The notes below the pieces were generated by a model. It was not told where the DNA came from, made no database searches, and saw nothing but the letters and a program-made list of their open reading frames with translations. DNA of 64,000 bases, from the NCBI GenBank assembly GCA_963798915.1, contig CAWCVB010000006.1:384001-448000 (forward strand), read 5' to 3'. Shown here in pieces: positions 40,418 to 49,304 of this stretch (the stretch's first letter is position 1; each line of letters opens with the position of its first letter). Origin of the DNA: an uncultured Gemmatimonadales bacterium. Lineage in GTDB: Bacteria; Gemmatimonadota; Gemmatimonadetes; Gemmatimonadales; GWC2-71-9. Both the position numbers and the translations under genes were made by a program.

Positions 40418-41671
40418 CTACTCTGCCGCGTCACCCGAATCGGACGCGGCCGCCACCAGATAGCGCTTCACGTAGAGCACACCATCGGTGTCTTCGAACG
40501 CTGCCCAGACGGTGTCCCCTCGGAAGACCGGTTCCGGATATTGCCTGAATCCAAGGGGCGTTTGGACCTGGCCGAGATAACGGCCGTCGGGCTCGAACAC
40601 GTCGAACAGCGCCGGCTCGGACCAGGAGGCCGGTTTTGCAGGGTCGCTGCTCGCCTCACGATGGCCTTCCGCGGAGAGCAGGACCCAGATCCGCCCATCA
40701 TCGCCCACGGCCACGCCCCTGAAGGGCGGCTTCGTGCCCGGGATGGCGGGTCCGTTCCAGCTCCAGTCACCGAAATTGCGACGCATCTGATCCGTAATAC
40801 CCTGCTTCATGTCGGCGGCTTCGTCAGGATTGACCGGCACGGGCGCGACCTCCCGTGCTATGACCAAGGGCGATCGGTGGCGAAACAGCGTGATGCGATA
40901 GTCGCTCGTGATGCCTCCGACAAAGTAGCCGAGCGGGCTCATGTCCCACTCTACCTGTGGAGTGAAGGGCACGGACCGGATGCTCGAGTTGCCGTCCTTC
41001 TCTCCCGAGACGACGGCTTCCTTGACCTCCCATTGCGGCGCAATGATGGTATCGCCTGGCGTCCCATCCGGTGCGAAGCGCTGCAAACCGGCCCGCCGCT
41101 TCTCAAAAGCAGAATCGGGGTCCGCCGTGACAGGGAAGTACACGCCGTCAGCAGTATCGACGGTGGACTGGCGACTATACCATGAACTGGAGTTGATGCG
41201 CCAGCTGGCGAGATAGCTGCCAGCCGAATCGAAGACCGTGATTCGGCCATTGCCGGGATCCCGGATGAGAACCCGGCCGTCGGACAGCACGATGAGACCG
41301 CCATCGGGTCTGGCGTACTCCCCGGGTCCACCGCCCTTGCGGCCGATGGCCGCGACAAAATGCCCGTCAGGCGCGTATTTCCGGAGAATGGGTCCGTTGT
41401 CCGAGATGAAGACGGAGCCGTCGGGCGCCACCGCTATGGCTTGGAAATCCCCGAGCAGGTCGTAGTCCTCACCATCGGCCTTCCCCACCGTGGCGCGTTC
41501 CACGAGCCTTCTCGGCCCGCCCCAGACATTGCCGGAAAGAGTTCGAACAATCACCGTGTCTCCCACGGTATCGCGCTCGGCCCGCCAGCCAGCGTTCGAG
41601 CGGCCCTCGCCACCGCAAGCGACGGTCAGGAGCAGCCCGCACAAGGCGAAACCGATCAACCTGACCGTCAT
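40418..41671 (-). CDS. 6-bladed beta-propeller lipoprotein
   Basis: Lipobox TVAC, IGRKGGGPGEY, DGRIWV, FDVFEPDGRYLG. Confidence 0.8.
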   Translation of the reverse strand: MTVRLIGFALCGLLLTVACGGEGRSNAGWRAERDTVGDTVIVRTLSGNVWGGPRRLVERATVGKADGEDYDLLGDFQAIAVAPDGSVFISDNGPILRKYAPDGHFVAAIGRKGGGPGEYARPDGGLIVLSDGRVLIRDPGNGRITVFDSAGSYLASWRINSSSWYSRQSTVDTADGVYFPVTADPDSAFEKRRAGLQRFAPDGTPGDTIIAPQWEVKEAVVSGEKDGNSSIRSVPFTPQVEWDMSPLGYFVGGITSDYRITLFRHRSPLVIAREVAPVPVNPDEAADMKQGITDQMRRNFGDWSWNGPAIPGTKPPFRGVAVGDDGRIWVLLSAEGHREASSDPAKPASWSEPALFDVFEPDGRYLGQVQTPLGFRQYPEPVFRGDTVWAAFEDTDGVLYVKRYLVAAASDSGDAAE

Positions 41672-41707
41672 GAATGCTCCCTGAGCGAGTGCGTGATGGA
41701 TGACGCT

Positions 41708-41749
41708 CGTCGCTGAAGCGACGGCACCGCGGGCGTCACTGAAGCGACC
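41708..41749. repeat. Pair of short palindromes CGTC(G/A)CTGAAGCGAC
   Basis: Copies at 41708-41723 and 41734-41749. Confidence 0.55.
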
Positions 41750-41752
41750 AGG

Positions 41753-43462
41753 TCAGTCGTCACCGTTCCGGTCTCGCTGATAGACCGGCTTGCCGTCGAG
41801 CCACGTCGACAGGACCCGTGCCTGCAGGATCTTGTCATCCGGCGCTGTCATGATGTCCTGATCCAACACGGTGAAGTCCGCGTACTTGCCCGCCGTGATC
41901 GAACCCATCAGCGAATCCTGGAACGCCGCATGGGCCGGCCAGATCGTCATGGACTCGAGTGCTTCCTGCCGAGTCATTCGCTGTTCCGGGTACCAGCCGC
42001 CTGGCGGCCAGCCCGTGGAATCCTGCCGCGTGACAGCCGAATGGAAGGTGATGAGTGGGTTCACTTCTTCTACCGGGAAATCGGTGCCATTCGGCACGAT
42101 GACGCCGGTCCTGAGCAGCGAGCGCCAGGCGTAGGCGCCCTTCACGCGCACCGGTCCCAGTCGGTCTTCCGCCCACCGCATGTCGCTGGTCTGGTGGCTG
42201 GCCTGCATCGAGGGAATCACGCCCAGCTTTGCGAAGCGCGGGATATCCTCCGGCGCGAGCACCTGGGCATGTTCGACCCGGAGCCGGGCATCAGTGGTCG
42301 GGACACGGGAGAGGGCGGTTTCGTAGGCATCCAGCGCATTGCGGTTCCCCCGGTCGCCGATGGCGTGAGTGCTGACCTGAAACCCGTGCCGGAGTGCCGC
42401 CTCGGTCCGCTCCTCCAGATGATCCCTGCTGGAGACCAGCAGGCCGGTGTTACTCCGGTCGTCTGCGTACGGGGCGAGGAGGGCTGCCCCGCGCGAGCCG
42501 AGCGCACCATCAGCATAGAGCTTGATGCCGCGAATCCAGACGCGACCGCCGTAGAGGGCAGTCTGGGGGCCGCGGTTGAAGTAATACGCCAGATCGGCGG
42601 AGTCGTCGCTCACCATCACGTATTCGCGCAGAGTGAGCTTCCCTGCGCTCGCCAGCGCCTCGACCTGCTCGATAGTTTGCCGGGAAATGCCCATGTCCTG
42701 GACCGACACGAGCCCCCATCGGTTGCACTCGGCAGCTGCGGCGAGCAGGGCTGCACGCACATCGGCCTCGGTCTCTGGAGGCACCGCGCTCCGCACCAGG
42801 CTCATCGCATTGTCAATGAATACGCCTGACGGGGTGCCGTCTGCGAGCCGCTCGATGCGCCCACCCACAGGATCTTTGGTGGCGGACGTGATGTGGGCCG
42901 CTTTCATCGCAGCGGTGTTAACCAGTACGGCATGACCATCGATCCGCTCCAGCAGCACCGGATGGTCAGGCACCGCGCTGTCGAGCGCCGCAGCGGTGGG
43001 GAATCGTTTCTGTGCCCAGCGGTTCTGGTCCCAGCCACGCCCGATAATCCAGTGTCCGAGCGGCGCTGAGCGTGCCCGCGCCGCCACCCGCTGGATGACT
43101 TCCGTGTAGCTGCCCACCCCGCGCAGATCCACCGATTGCAGCGAAAAGCCAAGCTCCACGAGATGCGCGTGCGCATCGGCGAGTCCGGGCAGTACCGTTG
43201 CAGCACCCAGGTCGACCTGCCGAGTGGCCGGGCCTCTCCATCGTTCTGCGTCCGCTCTCGAGCCGACGAAGACAAACCTGCCGTTCCGGACAGCGAACGC
43301 CTCGGCACGGGGTCGGGTGGAATCGACGGTGTAAATGTGTCGGCTGGTGACGATGAGATCGGCGGACGGCGGCGTGGCTTGCGCCAGGAGCGCGAGTGGC
43401 ACACCCAGCAGGGCGGAAGGGGCCAGCGCGAGGAAGCGGCCAGCGAGTTTAGGAAATGTCAT
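41753..43462 (-). CDS. Amidohydrolase_3 (YtcJ-like), exported
   Basis: PGLADAHAH, KLYADGALGSRGA, HAIGD, RVEHAQ, GTDFPV, GKYADF. Confidence 0.92.
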   Translation of the reverse strand: MTFPKLAGRFLALAPSALLGVPLALLAQATPPSADLIVTSRHIYTVDSTRPRAEAFAVRNGRFVFVGSRADAERWRGPATRQVDLGAATVLPGLADAHAHLVELGFSLQSVDLRGVGSYTEVIQRVAARARSAPLGHWIIGRGWDQNRWAQKRFPTAAALDSAVPDHPVLLERIDGHAVLVNTAAMKAAHITSATKDPVGGRIERLADGTPSGVFIDNAMSLVRSAVPPETEADVRAALLAAAAECNRWGLVSVQDMGISRQTIEQVEALASAGKLTLREYVMVSDDSADLAYYFNRGPQTALYGGRVWIRGIKLYADGALGSRGAALLAPYADDRSNTGLLVSSRDHLEERTEAALRHGFQVSTHAIGDRGNRNALDAYETALSRVPTTDARLRVEHAQVLAPEDIPRFAKLGVIPSMQASHQTSDMRWAEDRLGPVRVKGAYAWRSLLRTGVIVPNGTDFPVEEVNPLITFHSAVTRQDSTGWPPGGWYPEQRMTRQEALESMTIWPAHAAFQDSLMGSITAGKYADFTVLDQDIMTAPDDKILQARVLSTWLDGKPVYQRDRNGDD

Positions 43463-43515
43463 GCCCGGAACGTGGACCATGCCGGGTTCCATGGCAAGCA
43501 CCGTGGAGCCCCGCC

Positions 43516-44400
43516 TCAGGCTTCCCCGTTGTGCAGGGCGCGTCCCACCACGATCGTGACATTGTCGGTCCCGCCGCCGTCGAGCGCGTCCTGCAGCAGG
43601 GCCTCACAAACCTGCCGGCTCGAGGACATGGCCAGCAACTGCTCGGCAATCCGCGCATCCGGCACATGGCGGGTGAGCCCATCGCTGCACAGGAGATGGA
43701 CGTCGCCCCATCGGTTCTCGTACCGGGTCACCTGTGGCGCCGTCTGGCTGCCCCCAATCGAGCTGGAAAGCATGCTGGCCCAGCGAGTGTGGGGGGCGTC
43801 CGCCGGCTTGAGCACGCCCAGTTCGATCAGCTCGGCCGCCATGGTCTGGTCGCGGGAAATCTGGGTCAGCGCGCCGTCGCGCAGCAGGTAGCAACGGCTG
43901 TCACCGACCTGCAGCAAGTACACCCTCGGCCAGACCCCGAGCCACAGCGAGAGCGTCGTTGCCATGCCCTTTCGCTCCGGATCTTGCTCGCTCGCCTGCA
44001 CCATGTCGGCGTGCACCTGCATGGCCGCCTCCGAGAGCGTCTCGGTGAAGCCGGCGTCGTTGGACGGATCAGCCGTGTAGTAGCACTGGATGCTCTCGGT
44101 GAGATAGCGGGTCACGCGCTCGAGCGCCTGACGGCTGGCTTCCTCGCCCTTGGCATTGCCGCCCACACCGTCCGCCACCATGGCCAGGAAGGCCAATCGC
44201 TCAGCAGGGTCGGTCAGCAGATGGGAGTCAGGCAGGCTTGACAGTTTTACCCGCACCTGCCGTTCCAGCGAGCAGATGAGGAAATGATCCTGGTTGGAGC
44301 TTCGCACCTTGCCCTGATGGGTCAGGCCGAAGACGTCGATCTCGCTGTCGCGCGGTTTGCGGCCGGCGGCTGGAGTGACGCTGTGTTCGCTGGTCGCCAT
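43516..44400 (-). CDS. PP2C-family Ser/Thr phosphatase
   Basis: RSSNQD, VADGVGG, VGDSRCY, CSDGL, GGTDNVT. Confidence 0.93.
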   Translation of the reverse strand: MATSEHSVTPAAGRKPRDSEIDVFGLTHQGKVRSSNQDHFLICSLERQVRVKLSSLPDSHLLTDPAERLAFLAMVADGVGGNAKGEEASRQALERVTRYLTESIQCYYTADPSNDAGFTETLSEAAMQVHADMVQASEQDPERKGMATTLSLWLGVWPRVYLLQVGDSRCYLLRDGALTQISRDQTMAAELIELGVLKPADAPHTRWASMLSSSIGGSQTAPQVTRYENRWGDVHLLCSDGLTRHVPDARIAEQLLAMSSSRQVCEALLQDALDGGGTDNVTIVVGRALHNGEA

Positions 44401-44527
44401 CGCCGACGCTCCCTTGGGCCGAAGCTGCACGTCCAAGCTATGCCAGAATGGGGCGCACGGATAGGTGGGCGGCCGGTCTCGGGCCCTGGGACCGCCAGGC
44501 GCGCAGCTGATTCGGCATATTGGGAGG

Positions 44528-45007
44528 ATGCCCAACGATTCCGCCGCCCCGATCCCTGTAGCCACCCCGATGCTGTTCTACGACGGCGAATGCGGCCTGT
44601 GTGCCCATTCGGTGCGCTGGGTGCTTTCGCATGAGGGCCGCCGACGAGACCTGAGCTTCATCAGCCTCCAAGGCCCAACAGCGCGGGCGCTCAAGCAACG
44701 CCATCCGTGGCTGGAAACGGTGGACTCGCTGATCTGGCTCGAGGCCGACAGCGCTGGCCGACCTGGGCGGCCCCAGGTTCGATCCGATGCGGTGTTGGCG
44801 GCGTTGCGCTATGTCGGTGGCGCCTGGGGAGCGCTGGCTGCCGCCTTTCGCCTGGTGCCCTGGCCACTACGCGACACCGCCTATGATCTGGTGGCGCGCC
44901 ATCGGCATGGGCTCCATCGGAACCCCGAATGCCTCCTGCCAGCACCAGAGCAACGCACCAGGTTCCCGGAACTGTCCGGGGCCGCTAGCAACACGACCTG
45001 CTCCTGA
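44528..45007 (+). CDS. DCC1/DUF393 thiol-disulfide oxidoreductase
   Basis: FYDGECGLC, YDLVARHR. Confidence 0.9.
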   Translation: MPNDSAAPIPVATPMLFYDGECGLCAHSVRWVLSHEGRRRDLSFISLQGPTARALKQRHPWLETVDSLIWLEADSAGRPGRPQVRSDAVLAALRYVGGAWGALAAAFRLVPWPLRDTAYDLVARHRHGLHRNPECLLPAPEQRTRFPELSGAASNTTCS

Positions 45008-45023
45008 GCGGGCCACGTTTGCG

Positions 45024-46565
45024 CTACGCCGCCTCGCGTCGGCGGTCCAACGTCCGATACTGGATGGCCTCGGCCACGTGAGCAGGCTGAATGTCCGCTT
45101 CGCCGGCCAGATCGGAGATGGTCCGCGCAATCTTGATGATGCGGTGATAGGCGCGGGCCGAGAGCCCCAGGCGCTGCATGGCCAGTTTCAGCAGTTGCTC
45201 GCTCGGGGCCGTCAGGGGGCAGCACCGCCGCACATCCCGCGGCACCATGTGGGCATTGGCGTAGATGCCCGGGCGCTCGCGAAATCGCGCCCGCTGCCGC
45301 TGGCGTGCGAGTTCCACCCGCTCGCGGACCGCGCTGCTGGGCTCCTCCGAATGACTGCCGGAGAGTTCCCGATAGGCAACGGCCGGAACGTGAAGATGAA
45401 TGTCGATGCGATCCAGCAGTGGGCCCGATACCCGCGCAAGATAGCGTTCGATGGCCTGGGCGTCGCAGCGGCAGGAGTGGACCGGGTCTCCGTGATGTCC
45501 GCAAGGACACGGATTCATGGCGGCCGCCAGCATGAAGCGCGCGGGATAGGTCAGGCTGATCGCGGCCCGTGACAAGGTCACGACCCCATCTTCCATCGGC
45601 TGGCGCAGGACCTCCAGAACGTTCTTCCGGAATTCCGGCAGCTCATCCAGGAACAGTACCCCGCCATGCGCCAGACTCACCTCACCGGGCCGGGGATTCG
45701 AGCCGCCGCCAATCAGGCCGGCATCACTGATAGTGTGGTGCGGTGAACGAAATGGGCGTACGGCACACAGCGACTGGCCGGCCGGCAGGTTCCCGGCCAC
45801 ACTGTGGATGCGGGTGGTCTCGAGCGCCTCCTCGAGCGGCATGCACGGCAGGATGGTCGGCAGGCGTCGGGCCAGCATCGTCTTCCCGGCGCCGGGCGGT
45901 CCGACCAGGATCACGTTGTGCGAGCCAGCAGCCGCAATCTCCAGTGCCCGCTTTGCCGCGGCCTGGCCACGCACGTCGGCGAAGTCCACCACATCCTGCG
46001 CCCGCTGCTTCATGAGCGCAGCGAGATCCACGTGCATGCGTTGGAGCGTGCCGCTCCTGCCGTCCAGCCATGCGCAAATCTCGGAAAGAGTGTCCGCACC
46101 GAGGACCGCTATGCCCTCTGCAACGGACGCCTCGGCCAGGTTCGCTGCGGGCAGCACCACGCCTCGGCAGCCGGCAGCCCGGGCCCGGAGTGCCATCGAG
46201 AGTGCGCCTCGAACCGGGCGGAGGTCCCCCTCCAGGCCAACTTCGCCCAGCACGACCATGCCCTCCAGCTCATGACCGTCCACCTGCCCGCTGGCCACGA
46301 GGATCCCAAGAGCAATGGGGAGATCGAGCGCCGAGCCGTCCTTGCGGATGTCGGCCGGGGCGAGATTGACGGTGATTCGCCGGAGGGGAAAGGCGTAGCC
46401 GGCGTTCTGAAGCGCGGCATTCACCCGTTCCCGCCCCTCCTTGACCGCGCCTTGCGGCAACCCGACGGTGGCAAAGGACGGCATGCCGCTGGCGATGTCG
46501 ACCTCCACCTCCATCAGGTAGGCATCAACACCCAGAACGGCGGCGGAGCGGATTCGTGCGAGCAT
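45024..46565 (-). CDS. comM: YifB/ComM Mg-chelatase-like AAA+ ATPase
   Basis: NLAPADIRK, GPPGAGKT, PFRSPHH, FLDELPEF, NPCPCG, SARAYHR. Confidence 0.95.
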   Translation of the reverse strand: MLARIRSAAVLGVDAYLMEVEVDIASGMPSFATVGLPQGAVKEGRERVNAALQNAGYAFPLRRITVNLAPADIRKDGSALDLPIALGILVASGQVDGHELEGMVVLGEVGLEGDLRPVRGALSMALRARAAGCRGVVLPAANLAEASVAEGIAVLGADTLSEICAWLDGRSGTLQRMHVDLAALMKQRAQDVVDFADVRGQAAAKRALEIAAAGSHNVILVGPPGAGKTMLARRLPTILPCMPLEEALETTRIHSVAGNLPAGQSLCAVRPFRSPHHTISDAGLIGGGSNPRPGEVSLAHGGVLFLDELPEFRKNVLEVLRQPMEDGVVTLSRAAISLTYPARFMLAAAMNPCPCGHHGDPVHSCRCDAQAIERYLARVSGPLLDRIDIHLHVPAVAYRELSGSHSEEPSSAVRERVELARQRQRARFRERPGIYANAHMVPRDVRRCCPLTAPSEQLLKLAMQRLGLSARAYHRIIKIARTISDLAGEADIQPAHVAEAIQYRTLDRRREAA

Positions 46566-46735
46566 GCACCGTCCAGAATCGAGACAGCGCAAAGATGCAC
46601 GACACCAGACGCTGGATCGGCACCTGATTCGTTCATGGCGGTGCAAGATGACTCATCGGCGATGCGCGGACACAGTCGCGGGATGCGAGTCCAGCGGGTG
46701 ACCGATGCACTCGGAATCAGTTCCATCCCGACACT

Positions 46736-46780
46736 TTCCAATCACTTAGGCGCAGCGAGCGGAGCGGCCCGCTTCCTGCA
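46736..46780 (+). promoter_or_regulatory. Candidate sigma54 promoter with upstream IHF-like site
   Basis: GG-N10-GC in CGGCCCGCTTCCTGCA (GG 46766-67, GC 46778-79), CAA-N4-TTA at 46739-46748. Confidence 0.4.
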
Positions 46781-46820
46781 CAGTTGCTGTACAGTCCCCG
46801 TTTCCCATACGCCGAACGCC

Positions 46821-47540
46821 ATGCCTGTGACGACACCGGAATCCGAAGGCCGCGAACTCTCCGCCCTGGACGGCTGGACCCGCACCATTGTGGCCTCGTT
46901 TGCGTTCCTGATTACGGCGCTCACCACGCAGCTTGTCCGGGTCAGCTGGTTCGGGCCGTCGGCCCAACCGCTGAGCACTCGGCCCGCGCTGGCGTGGCGG
47001 GCGGCGCCGAGCCGCCCGCTCGCGCTCGAGGTCCGGGAGGGCATGGCGGTGGTGCGGCAGCTGGAGGCCAGCGCGTTCGCCGACTCGGCGCGCGCTATTC
47101 TTGGAAGGCCCGGCACCGCGATCGGGCTGGTCGGATCAACCGGCCGCGAAGCGAGGCACATCGGCGAGTATATCCGTTCGCGGGATTCTGTCGCGCTGGC
47201 GCCGTCGGCCATCTTCAGCGAGGCCCAGCTCCAGCACGCCTACCTGCACGAGCTCAGCCACCACTGGATGGCGCGTCACGAAGACCTCGGCCGTCGCTTG
47301 CTCGGCGAACTGCCCCCGCTGACGGACTCGACACGATACGGCTACGGCGATCCGGAGGAGCATGCCGCCGAAGCACTGGCGCACGCTGTTCAGTTCTGGC
47401 GCGCGTCGCACCGCGGCCCCGACTCGCGGAGCCGGGGACGGCTGCTTGATGCCTATGAAACTGTCATGCCCGGCACACGGCTGGCCTATCTCACGTTGAT
47501 TGAAGCCGGAAACCTTCCCATGCAGGATGTCAGAGAGTGA
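46821..47540 (+). CDS. Membrane-anchored HExxH zincin-like protein
   Basis: N-terminal TM, HELSH, YGYGDPEEHAAEA. GTGA overlap with the FtsH paralogue. Confidence 0.65.
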   Translation: MPVTTPESEGRELSALDGWTRTIVASFAFLITALTTQLVRVSWFGPSAQPLSTRPALAWRAAPSRPLALEVREGMAVVRQLEASAFADSARAILGRPGTAIGLVGSTGREARHIGEYIRSRDSVALAPSAIFSEAQLQHAYLHELSHHWMARHEDLGRRLLGELPPLTDSTRYGYGDPEEHAAEALAHAVQFWRASHRGPDSRSRGRLLDAYETVMPGTRLAYLTLIEAGNLPMQDVRE

Positions 47541-49303
47541 AGCGTCGCGTCCGTCTGGTCCGTTACGTCTCCCTTGGGACACTCGCGCTGGTCGCGATTG
47601 GAACCATTGCCTGGATCACGACCCGAGCCGCCCGTCAGCTCGGCACTTCGACGACCGTGCCATACTCCACGCTCCTCGAGCGCCTGAACGCCGGCAGGGT
47701 CGACTCCCTGGTTGTCACCCCCGGCCACTCGGTGACCGCCTGGCAAGCGGGCATTCGAACGCGGGCCGTCTACACGGCAGCCAGTACCGACGACCTGACA
47801 GCCCGTGCCATGCAGACCGGCACTTCGGTCAGCTTCCGCCCGTCAGGCCAGGGCGCCACCCCCTATCTCGCCGTGACCCTTGCGCTCGGGCTCCTGATTG
47901 CCGGCAGCGTGCTGTTGCGCCGCAACGCGGGGCTTGGAATCGGCGGCCGTGACCTGGGTGAGCGTGCGGACTCTCAGACCACCTTCGATCAGGTAGCGGG
48001 CAATGGTGGCGCCAAGAGCGAGCTTCAGGAGGTAGTGCAGTCGCTCCGCGACCCGGACCGGTTCAGCAGGGTCGGCGCACGCACGCCTCGAGGCGTGCTT
48101 CTCTACGGACCTCCGGGCACCGGCAAGACATTGATGGCCCGCGCGGTCGCCGGCGAAGCGGGCGTTCCCTTCTGGACCCTTTCGGGCTCCGAGGTAACGG
48201 GTTTCATCGTGGGGCTTGGCGCGATGCGCATCAAGTCACTTTTCCGCAAGGCACGGAAGCGTGGTGGCGTGATCTTCATTGATGAGATCGATGCGCTGGG
48301 TGGGCAGCGTGGCAGCAATCGCGCGCATAACGAAGACGATCGGACGCTGAACCAGCTGCTGGTGGAAATGGATGGATTCACCGTCCAGCATAACGTGGTC
48401 GTCATCGCGGCGACCAACCGGCCGAGCGACCTCGACAAGGCGCTGCTGCGGCCCGGCCGGTTTGATCGCTCCATCAATGTGCCCCTGCCGACGGCGCCTG
48501 AGCGCGAGGCGATTCTCTCGCTGCACGTGCGCGAGCGCAAGGTTCCTGTGTCGGGCGGCGTCGATCTTTCTCGCCTGGCGCGGCTCATGCCGCAGACCAG
48601 CGGCGCTGACCTGGCCAACCTCTTGAATGAGGCGGCCATCGTGGCCGCGCGCGAGGACGCCGAGAGCGTCACCTGGCCGCATTTCGAGGCAGCGCGCGAC
48701 CGGGTGCTGCTCGGGAAGGAACGCCAGGGCCTGACCGCCAGCGATGCCGAATGGCGTCTGGTCGCCATGCACGAGTCAGGACACGCCCTGCTGGGCGTGG
48801 TCGGCTGTCCGGATGACCCGCTCCACAAGGTCACCATTCAGCCGCGCGGCGAGGCGATGGGTGTGGCCTTCTTTGCGCCGGATGCTGATCGGCACCTCCA
48901 CTCCCGGCGTTATCTCGAAGGCCAGATCCTCAAGGGCCTCGGTGGCCGCGCGGCTGAGGAAGTGATCTTTGGCCCCGACCGCGTCACCAGCGGCGCCCGA
49001 AGCGACCTGCAGCACGTCACCCGGGTCGCACGCGAAATGGTGTACCATCTGGGGATGGGAGAGACCGCCGGCTTGATGGTCTACGACAGCGACGCGCCAC
49101 CCAGCGAAGAGGTCCGCGCATTGATGGACCGCGAGGTCCGCGGGCTGCTCGATCGCCTGTATGCCGAGGCGCTGGCCGTGGTTCGCCGGCACCGGTCGGC
49201 GCTGGAGGCGCTGGGCGAGGCGCTGCTTGAGCATGAGACACTCGATGCGCGCGAGGCACTGGCCATTTTCGAGGCCCATGGCGTGGCCACGCAGGCCAGC
49301 TGA
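47537..49303 (+). CDS. ftsH: FtsH-family AAA+ metalloprotease (paralogue)
   Basis: Two TMs, GPPGTGKT, IFIDE, LLVEMDGF, RPGRFDR, HESGH, GGRAAEE. Confidence 0.9.
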   Translation: MKRRVRLVRYVSLGTLALVAIGTIAWITTRAARQLGTSTTVPYSTLLERLNAGRVDSLVVTPGHSVTAWQAGIRTRAVYTAASTDDLTARAMQTGTSVSFRPSGQGATPYLAVTLALGLLIAGSVLLRRNAGLGIGGRDLGERADSQTTFDQVAGNGGAKSELQEVVQSLRDPDRFSRVGARTPRGVLLYGPPGTGKTLMARAVAGEAGVPFWTLSGSEVTGFIVGLGAMRIKSLFRKARKRGGVIFIDEIDALGGQRGSNRAHNEDDRTLNQLLVEMDGFTVQHNVVVIAATNRPSDLDKALLRPGRFDRSINVPLPTAPEREAILSLHVRERKVPVSGGVDLSRLARLMPQTSGADLANLLNEAAIVAAREDAESVTWPHFEAARDRVLLGKERQGLTASDAEWRLVAMHESGHALLGVVGCPDDPLHKVTIQPRGEAMGVAFFAPDADRHLHSRRYLEGQILKGLGGRAAEEVIFGPDRVTSGARSDLQHVTRVAREMVYHLGMGETAGLMVYDSDAPPSEEVRALMDREVRGLLDRLYAEALAVVRRHRSALEALGEALLEHETLDAREALAIFEAHGVATQAS

Positions 49304-49304
49304 C

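Noticed and set aside
45804..46820. N-terminal part of the 578-aa ORF
   Set aside because: Antisense to comM. Only the part from ATG 46821 looks like a real protein
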